This document shows, one piece after another, positions 9,964 through 16,837 of a stretch of DNA of 38,617 nt (positions are counted from its first letter, which is position 1; every line of letters begins with the position of its first letter). The stretch covers positions 1-38,617 of the forward strand of contig CAYXFI010000003.1 of NCBI GenBank assembly GCA_964464205.1, read 5' to 3'. The DNA comes from an uncultured Cytophagia bacterium. GTDB lineage: Bacteria > Zhuqueibacterota > Zhuqueibacteria > Oleimicrobiales > Geothermoviventaceae. The notes beneath the pieces were generated by a model, which did no database searches, was not told where the DNA came from, and worked only from the letters and a program-made list of their open reading frames with translations. Made by a program: the position numbers and the translations under genes.

Positions 9964-11405
9964 GCCCCGGACCTCCGGGCTTCCAGACCTGGTCTCAGTA
10001 GTCCCGTCAAAGCTCCCCAGAGTAGGAAGTAGAAGCCGAAAATGACCACCCGATTTTGCACGATGAAAAAGCTGTTGGCGAAAAGCGCCGCCGTGGTGCT
10101 CAGGAACAGCGCTCGGACATCTTCGGCAGCAACCCCATCCGGCCAGGTCGCCCGCAGCACCCTCAAGCCCAGAAACGCAAACACCGCCATGAAGGGTAGA
10201 AACCCGAGCAACCCCTCGTCGGCCAGGATTTCCAGGAACGTGTTGTGCGAAGGCGTGTCGTGCCCCACCCAGAAACGGGGTAGTTTCACCATCTCCACGA
10301 AGTAGCTCGCGCTCTTCACCGGAAAGGTGTAGAAGCCATGCCCGAACAGCGGTGCGTGCAGAAACATGTTCACAGCCGTGGCGTACAGATTGAGCCGATC
10401 CAGAATCGGCAGCGCATCGTCCGAGCGGGCCGTCTCGTACTGGCTCACCAGCACAGGTGTCAGCACGGCCAACACCAACACCAAAAGGGGAGCCGCCACC
10501 AGGAGACCGCGCCGCGCACGCGGAGAACGCGCGAAATAGAACGCCACCGCCAACACAAATCCGAGATAGGCCGCCCGCGTGTAGGTGAAGAACACGGCCA
10601 CCGGCAGTAAAAAGAGAGCCACCAGGAAAAGAGGGCGGTAGCCACGGGGCGCATGCTCCAGAGCGAACAAGCAGGTCGGGAAAAGCATGCCGAGCAGCGT
10701 ACCGTTGGCCGCGGCCTGCAGCAGCGGACCCCGGGCCCGACCGAAGTGGATACCCACGTTCGGGTCCATGATGTACCGGGGAAAGACCAGGGCCGAGATC
10801 CCGTAGTGCTCGCACACCGCCGTGATCCCCAGGTACACGGCTACTGCCCCGGCTGCCACGAGGATTGGCCAAACCTGCCGCTGGCTGCGCACAGTGTAGC
10901 GAGCCAGCATGTACAGGGTCATCGGGATGAAGTGGCGGTTCAAGTAGTCACCCACTGCGTCACGATTGTGCACGGCTCCCGAACGCACCATCGACGCAAG
11001 TGTGACCAACAGGAAAATGACCATCGCCCACTCGACAGCCCCGAAGCGGTACCTTTCGTCCCGGCTCACCAGCGCGTCCACCAGCACAATCCCACCCAGC
11101 ACCAACCAGACTAGCCGGTCCGGGCTGAGATTGGGCATGCCCGGCAACTGGAGGAAACTCCAACCCCGGTAGAACGGAAAGAAGAACAGCCACAGCACCA
11201 GGCCGGAGGAAAGATCGGCCCCGAGCAGCACCAGCCCCACACTCCCGACCGCTACGAGAGCGCCGAGCGCCAGCACCGCCTTCGTCGGAAGCGGAGCCGC
11301 CAACAGCAGCAGGCCGAATCCCACCAGTGCCAGCTGCAGAAGCAACTGGGGACCGCGCCTCCTTTCAGCCACCGAGTGGGCGAAGTTCTGCAGCCGGATT
11401 TCCAT
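9960..11405 (-). CDS. O-antigen ligase / Wzy-like polymerase family membrane protein
   Basis: Multi-TM protein with RARGP...AN, FTYTRAAYLG, HAPLFGHG and SHNTFLEILADEGLLG (Wzy_C signature). Start uncertain (11414, 11405 or 11372). Confidence 0.87.
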   Translation of the reverse strand: MEIRLQNFAHSVAERRRGPQLLLQLALVGFGLLLLAAPLPTKAVLALGALVAVGSVGLVLLGADLSSGLVLWLFFFPFYRGWSFLQLPGMPNLSPDRLVWLVLGGIVLVDALVSRDERYRFGAVEWAMVIFLLVTLASMVRSGAVHNRDAVGDYLNRHFIPMTLYMLARYTVRSQRQVWPILVAAGAVAVYLGITAVCEHYGISALVFPRYIMDPNVGIHFGRARGPLLQAAANGTLLGMLFPTCLFALEHAPRGYRPLFLVALFLLPVAVFFTYTRAAYLGFVLAVAFYFARSPRARRGLLVAAPLLVLVLAVLTPVLVSQYETARSDDALPILDRLNLYATAVNMFLHAPLFGHGFYTFPVKSASYFVEMVKLPRFWVGHDTPSHNTFLEILADEGLLGFLPFMAVFAFLGLRVLRATWPDGVAAEDVRALFLSTTAALFANSFFIVQNRVVIFGFYFLLWGALTGLLRPGLEARRSGA

Positions 11406-11553
11406 CTGAACCACGCGTCTCGAGTTCGACCTCGGCGATCTCCGCGGTGGTGAACCAGTCTCCCGAGGAAATCATCCAGTAGGTTGCGGCTCCCACGCGG
11501 ATCCGAACCCGGTGCGACCGGGATGCTCCGACACCGCGGAGCCGCGCCCACAT
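11365..11553 (-). CDS. Small hypothetical protein (62 aa) inside the EPS operon
   Basis: Strong SD GGAGGAGG upstream of ATG 11553. Its stop overlaps an in-frame GTG (11372) of the next gene. No family recognised. Confidence 0.4.
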   Translation of the reverse strand: MWARLRGVGASRSHRVRIRVGAATYWMISSGDWFTTAEIAEVELETRGSDGNPAAELRPLGG

Positions 11554-11699
11554 TCGTCCCTCCTCCGATCGCATCCTTCCTCCCCGAAGCACCTCCCTGC
11601 CGCCGAAACGAAACAACAGTCCCTCCTGAACCCCTACGCTCGACCGAAACCCCACGCGCTGGCGCCAGCGAGGGCGAAAAGGGCGGTGGAGCTACCAGC

Positions 11700-13067
11700 T
11701 CACTCATTCGCTGCGGATGCTCCCACCACTTCATCCAGCAAGGCTGCGAATTGCGCAACGCGGTGTTCCACGCTCCACTCCTCGAAAAAGCCGTTACCCG
11801 GGCCACTGGGCAATCGGCCATCGGCACGAAGGCGGTAGGCCGCCAGCAGGGCAGAGGCTATGGCGTCCGCGTCGTCCGGTTCGGCCACCCAGCCGAGCCG
11901 AGATCGGCGAACGAGGTCCCAGGCCTCCCCACGCGGCCCGACGAAGAGAATCGGCTTCCGTCTGCCCAAGTACTCGACCAGCTTGTAGGGCAGCCAGGCT
12001 TCCGCAAAGGGCCTTCTGGGGATGGCGCACACGAGAAGGTCGCTCCCTACCTGTACCCGCGCGGCCTGCTCGGGATGGGCGTATTCGCTCAACTGCAACT
12101 CCACACCGGCCTGGCCGGCCCGCTCTGGGGAAACCGTGTCGTCCAGGTGCCCCATCAGGTGCAGGTGCAGCTTGCCACGCAGACCAGGCTCCAGTTCCAC
12201 AGCCTTGTGGAGCCCGCCCAGGAGCGGCTCGAACGTACCGGGATACAGTCTCCCGGTCAAACTGAGACGAAATGCGCCGTTGGAAGGGCGATCTGGCTCC
12301 GCGGAGAGCCGATCGTAGCCGTTGGGAATCACCCGCACTTTGTGCCACCCGTGAGAAGGCAGCGTGTTGAGCAGGAGATCCCGCGACCCCTGACTGGTGG
12401 TCACAATCCGGTCCGCCCGCACCAGCACGCGCTCCTCCAACCAGCGCTCGAACGCGTAGCGCTTCGCCAGGCTGGTCGGAGCGTGGAGGGTGTTTTTGGT
12501 CCAGAGGTCTCTGAAGTCCACCACCCATTTAAGTCCCGTCAGACGGGCCAGCAGATAGCCGGCGAGGTGCACGGAATGCGGCGGCGAGGTGGTGACGAGC
12601 ACGTCCGGCCGCCTCAGACGAGTTTCGCGCAGCCCGGCCGCCACCGCGTAGGGCACCCAGCCCACTCGCTTGTCCGGCACGTAGACCCAGTTGTAGGCGA
12701 AGTCGCGCAGACGCTGGCCCAGCGCACCACCGCCTGCCGCAGCTCCGTTTCCCGCTGGACGAGCCCGTTCGGCCATCTCGCGGCCCGCCCCGCCCAGCAA
12801 CCGGTACATCCGACGCATCACCCGCGCCAGCTCGAAGGAAGGAGTCCTCACCACTCGCGTCGATCGCGGCAATGGGCGACGGCCTCTCAGGTCGACAAAT
12901 GCCTCGTCAGGCCGGCGCACCGTGACCACCGTAACCCGCCAACCGTGACGGGGCAGCAGCCGGGCCAGAGCGTAGGGTCGCCGCGCACCGACTTCCCAGT
13001 TGGGCGGGAAGTGGTAGCTGAACAGCAGAACCTGGCGCACAGCGCCTTCAGTCTCTTCTCGCGCCAT
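11700..13067 (-). CDS. GT4-family glycosyltransferase (WbuB-like)
   Basis: LLFSYHFPP, VTTSPPHS, WVVDFRDLW, VIPNGYD, PYKLVEYL. Confidence 0.9.
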   Translation of the reverse strand: MAREETEGAVRQVLLFSYHFPPNWEVGARRPYALARLLPRHGWRVTVVTVRRPDEAFVDLRGRRPLPRSTRVVRTPSFELARVMRRMYRLLGGAGREMAERARPAGNGAAAGGGALGQRLRDFAYNWVYVPDKRVGWVPYAVAAGLRETRLRRPDVLVTTSPPHSVHLAGYLLARLTGLKWVVDFRDLWTKNTLHAPTSLAKRYAFERWLEERVLVRADRIVTTSQGSRDLLLNTLPSHGWHKVRVIPNGYDRLSAEPDRPSNGAFRLSLTGRLYPGTFEPLLGGLHKAVELEPGLRGKLHLHLMGHLDDTVSPERAGQAGVELQLSEYAHPEQAARVQVGSDLLVCAIPRRPFAEAWLPYKLVEYLGRRKPILFVGPRGEAWDLVRRSRLGWVAEPDDADAIASALLAAYRLRADGRLPSGPGNGFFEEWSVEHRVAQFAALLDEVVGASAANE

Positions 13068-13076
13068 CCCTCGGTC

Positions 13077-13991
13077 TCACAGGAGTCGGTACAACCAGTC
13101 CGGCAACGGGAAATCGCGCTGATTGAGCACTACACCAGCCACCGCGCACTCCCGTCGTCGCAGTTCTTCAAGCAATGCAGCAAGAGCGTGCCGGCGCGTC
13201 CGGTGGGCCCTCACGATCACCACAGCCGCGTCCACCAGCGGGGCCCACAGGCCCGCCAGGGGATTGTCCAGCGCCGGAGGCGCATCCACCAGCAGGAACT
13301 CGACGTTTCGCCGCCACCCGGCCAGCAGATCGGGCAGATGAACGTCGGAGACCTCCTCGCCGCTGCGCAGTATCCCCGGGGGAAGGTACCGTAGGCCGGG
13401 CAGGGGCGTGGAGCGCACAGCTTCGTCCGCGTTGCACCGGCCGAACTGCAGATCCACCAGTCCGTTCTCCGGATCCACACCGTAGCGCCGTCCAGGGTGA
13501 TTCTTGCGCAAGTCCGTGTCCACCAGCAACACGGTGTGATCAGCCCGCGCCAGGGCTTCGGCGGTGGCGCGCACAAGGGAGGTCGTGCCCTCGCCGCCCG
13601 ACGGACCGACGAACAGGAACGCCCGCCGGCCGCTTTGCCGGCGCTCAGCGAGAAGCAACGCGGCAATCTCCCGCCCACCCCTCTCGATTTCCAGTGGCCA
13701 GGGTTCGAGGACCCCCGCGTCGCCCTCCACGGCGCCCCCGGCCAAGGTCACACTCCCGTTCCCTTCCTCGTCTCCCATTTTCTTCTGATGGTCGAGCAAG
13801 TAGGCATAGTCCAGCAGCGAAACGCCGTCTTCTCCCAGCGCACCTGCGTCGACTTCCCTTTCACCGAGCACCGTCGATCCTTCGTAGCTGTTCTGCTCCC
13901 GCAGCGGCGCCTCGTCCGGATGAACCAGGGCCGTCTCCGGCTCCTCAGCCAACAGAGCCGAGGCCATCTTCTTCTCTTCCTCCTGCTTCAT
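13077..13991 (-). CDS. CpsD/CapB-like (BY-kinase fold) P-loop protein with an atypical Walker A
   Basis: GPSGGEGTTS (Walker A with Thr in place of Lys), LLVDTDLR (A'), LLVDAPP (B), GVVLN. Lies downstream of the co-polymerase. Confidence 0.85.
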   Translation of the reverse strand: MKQEEEKKMASALLAEEPETALVHPDEAPLREQNSYEGSTVLGEREVDAGALGEDGVSLLDYAYLLDHQKKMGDEEGNGSVTLAGGAVEGDAGVLEPWPLEIERGGREIAALLLAERRQSGRRAFLFVGPSGGEGTTSLVRATAEALARADHTVLLVDTDLRKNHPGRRYGVDPENGLVDLQFGRCNADEAVRSTPLPGLRYLPPGILRSGEEVSDVHLPDLLAGWRRNVEFLLVDAPPALDNPLAGLWAPLVDAAVVIVRAHRTRRHALAALLEELRRRECAVAGVVLNQRDFPLPDWLYRLL

Positions 13992-14034
13992 TTCCGTACA
14001 CGCCCTCCGCGAGGTTCTCCGTGCCGTACCCGGG

Positions 14035-15435
14035 TCATCGCTTCTTCCCCGCGTACGGGACGCTCACCACCTTCGCCACACCCATCTGCTGCAGATCGTC
14101 GGGAGACTTGACCGTGGGATCCATCCGATGCGCGAGCAGCGCGATGCCCACTGCTCCGACGGCGGCGAACATCAGTCCGAGAGCCAGGTTGCGCGCCCGA
14201 CGCGGCCCGCTCGGTTCTGCTGGAACCCGAGCCGGGTCAACGATCACCACACTGGCGACCCGAGGGTCGCTGGCTTCGTTGATCCGGGCTTCTTCGTAGC
14301 GTTGCAGGAGAAGCGAGTAGATTCGGCGCGTCTCCTCGATGGCGAGCTGCAGCTCCGAAATGGCCCGCTCCTTCTCGGGGAAGCTCTCGATCTCGCCGCG
14401 CAGGTAGCTCAGCGTGGACTGAATGGCAGCTTCTTCTGCCCGCAAGCTCGCCAGGCTGCCCTCTTCTATCTCCGCCAGTTGTTCGAGCTGCTTGCGCAGC
14501 TGTTTCTTCGTCTCCTCGATTCGCTGCTCGACCAGACGCAGGCCGCTGTAGCCCGACCGAAACCGTTTGGCCAGGTCTGCCCTTTCGAGCTCCAGCTCGG
14601 AAAGTCGCTGCCGGAGTTGCATCACCAGCGGGTAGTCGGCCACCTCCCGTTCGGGCAGCGTGAGCTCCGGGCCGCGCAGGGCCTCTTTCAGGCGTTTCAG
14701 CCTGAGCTCATGGCTCAGGATCTGCGTGCGCAGCTCATTGAGGCGCTGGTCGAATACGCTCAATCGATCCAGCGCCATCCGCTCCTGCTGGTCGTAGGAA
14801 ACGATGCCGTGTCGCCGCTTCACGGCGGCCAGGGTCTCTTCCAGGCTGTCCAACCGGGCGCGGGTGTCTTGAATGCGCTCCGCGAAGAACGCTTCTGCCT
14901 GACCCGAACGCCTCACCTGCACATGATACTTGACGTACTCCTCCGCCACCGCACGGGCCACGAGGGCTGCTTCGTCGGGGTCCTCGCAGGTGTAGCTCAC
15001 CCGGATCACATTGGCCCCTTCCACCGGTTTCGTCTCGACCGACTTTGAAAGTTCCTTCACGGCTTTGTTCCAGCCGGCCGTCCCGGGCACCGGCACTTCC
15101 TCTCGCTTTTTTTCCTTCTTTCCCACGAGCTCGGCGCGCGCTTTGCGCCATGCGACCAGCCGGTGCAGCACTTTGGACATCACCGGATAGCTGTGGATGA
15201 GCTCAATCTCGGTGTTCAATTCCTCGCGGGGTCCCACGCGTACGAGCCCGGTGGTGAAGGTCAGATTGGGACCGGTCGTCCTGTAGAGGAGTTTGGTGGA
15301 AGAAGTGTACACGTCCGGGTCCGTGAGCGTCTTGATCGCCACGGGGACGAAGATGGCGAGAAAAGCCACCACCGCCAGCCGCTTTTGCCAGAAAAGGATC
15401 TTCGCGATCTCTCGAAAAGTCACGCCGTTGCCCAC
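14035..15435 (-). CDS. GumC/Wzz-like polysaccharide chain-length regulator (co-polymerase)
   Basis: Start reassigned to GTG 15435 after GGAGGA. N-terminal TM, NTEIELIHS, long coiled-coil region, VDPARVPAEPSGP followed by a C-terminal TM. Confidence 0.9.
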   Translation of the reverse strand: MGNGVTFREIAKILFWQKRLAVVAFLAIFVPVAIKTLTDPDVYTSSTKLLYRTTGPNLTFTTGLVRVGPREELNTEIELIHSYPVMSKVLHRLVAWRKARAELVGKKEKKREEVPVPGTAGWNKAVKELSKSVETKPVEGANVIRVSYTCEDPDEAALVARAVAEEYVKYHVQVRRSGQAEAFFAERIQDTRARLDSLEETLAAVKRRHGIVSYDQQERMALDRLSVFDQRLNELRTQILSHELRLKRLKEALRGPELTLPEREVADYPLVMQLRQRLSELELERADLAKRFRSGYSGLRLVEQRIEETKKQLRKQLEQLAEIEEGSLASLRAEEAAIQSTLSYLRGEIESFPEKERAISELQLAIEETRRIYSLLLQRYEEARINEASDPRVASVVIVDPARVPAEPSGPRRARNLALGLMFAAVGAVGIALLAHRMDPTVKSPDDLQQMGVAKVVSVPYAGKKR

Positions 15436-15460
15436 CCTGCATTCCTCCGCCGCTTCTCCG

Positions 15461-16201
15461 TCAGTAGCCGCGCACGACGATCCGGTAAACCCAGGCGAAA
15501 GCCGTGATCGTCGCCAGCGGGAGGAGACCGTCGATGTAACGATCGACAAACTGCTCGATCCGCGCGATGGTGGAGGGCGGAACCACCACCACATCGTCGG
15601 GAGTCAGGAGCGGGTCCGCGTAATCATCCTTGCCTTCGAGGGTCTTTTTCAGATTCACATCGAACCAGCGAACCTGCCCCTCAGCCAGTTTCCGCAGGAT
15701 TCGGACGCTCGTGAGCTTCGCGGTGGGCGTGGGGCCCCCGGCGAGGATGATGGCCCTCGACAGGGTGAGCCCACTGGTGAAAGTCACCCTGCCTGGCTGC
15801 CTCACTTCGCCCGTCACGTAGACCCCGAGAGGAGCGACTCGCTCCACTTCGAGTACCAGATCGGGGTCTCTCAGGATGGCACCGTAGCGCATCCGAAGGA
15901 TCGCCTTGGCGCGCTGCAACGTGAGGCCCGCCAACTGTACACGTCCGATCTCGGGGAGATCCACCGAGCCGTCCGGCTGAATGGTTGCCGTGGCCTCCAG
16001 TTCAGGCGCCGCAAGGGGCTGGACGTGCACGCGGTCGCCCGGCTGAAGCCCCTCGTCTTTGGGAGGTAGCCTGAGATTCTCCAGTTCACGCACGGGTACT
16101 ACGCCCGTGCGCACGGGGGGTCTGGAACCGGCACAACCCAGCATCACAAGGCAACCGATCGCCAGCAGCCCGAACCTCGCGCTCCATTTTCGCCGCATCA
16201 T
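15461..16201 (-). CDS. Wza-like polysaccharide export lipoprotein (Poly_export + SLBB)
   Basis: Lipobox MLGC. Motifs LQPGDRV, IQPDGSVDLPEIG, VYVTGEVRQPG, AIILAGG, LTPDDVVVVP. SD GGAGGAG upstream. Confidence 0.9.
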   Translation of the reverse strand: MMRRKWSARFGLLAIGCLVMLGCAGSRPPVRTGVVPVRELENLRLPPKDEGLQPGDRVHVQPLAAPELEATATIQPDGSVDLPEIGRVQLAGLTLQRAKAILRMRYGAILRDPDLVLEVERVAPLGVYVTGEVRQPGRVTFTSGLTLSRAIILAGGPTPTAKLTSVRILRKLAEGQVRWFDVNLKKTLEGKDDYADPLLTPDDVVVVPPSTIARIEQFVDRYIDGLLPLATITAFAWVYRIVVRGY

Positions 16202-16237
16202 CAACCGCTCCTCCGCTTCTTCACGGCTCGGCCTCGC

Positions 16238-16252
16238 GCAAAGCGTATGCCA
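16238..16252 (-). promoter_or_regulatory. Sigma-54 (-24/-12) promoter of the EPS operon
   Basis: Minus strand reads TGGCATACGCTTTGC, i.e. GG-N10-GC, matching the TGGCAC-N5-TTGC consensus. Lies ~37 nt upstream of the wza-like start. Confidence 0.7.
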
Positions 16253-16360
16253 CCCACCAGCCGCGGCGCAGGCGCTCCGTGCCTGATTTCACGCGAATTA
16301 CGGCCAGAAATTCGATCCGTCGCGCCTTCTTCCGGCGGATTCTGTGTAGTCCATTCCAAG

Positions 16361-16399
16361 TGTCTCATGCGTTTACAAGACATTGATGTCTAATGTCTT
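16361..16399. promoter_or_regulatory. Putative enhancer / transcription-factor binding sites
   Basis: TGT-N11-ACA at 16361-16377 abuts the perfect inverted repeat AAGACATT-N7-AATGTCTT at 16377-16399, ~110-150 nt upstream of the sigma-54 site. Confidence 0.5.
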
Positions 16400-16745
16400 A
16401 CGCCTCCCCATGCGCCTGCCCCGCGTCGAGCGACCCCGATGAGCCCCGTCACCGCCCGAAGTCCGTCGCTGGCGAGCCTTTCCCCTGCCACGCCGGCTCG
16501 GTTGCGAGATGCCCCAGGCCGGTCCGGGGAGTGGTTTTCGGACTTGCCCCCAGAGTTTCGAACCACCCTGGGTCCAAGGGATACCGTAGTCGTATGCGGC
16601 AAAGCCTCTTATGCTACATCAATCGCCGACGTCTAGAGGAATCCGCGTTCATCTCTGCGGTCGATCGAGGGCACGGAGGCTCTGAGCCTGCCGTGATTGA
16701 GGTCAGCCTCGCAAGAAACGGTGGAATCCCAACGCGCGCTTTCCC

Positions 16746-16774
16746 TTGCGATTGCCCCCCGATTTCGGTAAACT
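16746..16774 (+). promoter_or_regulatory. Sigma-70-like promoter for purL-purQ
   Basis: TTGCGA-N17-TAAACT, ~65 nt upstream of the purL start. Confidence 0.55.
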
Positions 16775-16837
16775 TGCCGCTGAGATTTCGCAGGGCGGCA
16801 GCCAGAAGCGAGAAATCGTGGAACGCGAGGTGGTCCG

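Noticed and set aside
8155-11553. Possible lasso peptide cluster (AsnB-like cyclase plus small ORF)
   Set aside because: No B2 transglutaminase-like protease, no convincing RRE or precursor motif, and the context is entirely polysaccharide biosynthesis.
11484-13394. 636-aa plus-strand ORF
   Set aside because: Antisense shadow of the GT4 and kinase-like genes, typical of high-GC DNA, with no motifs.
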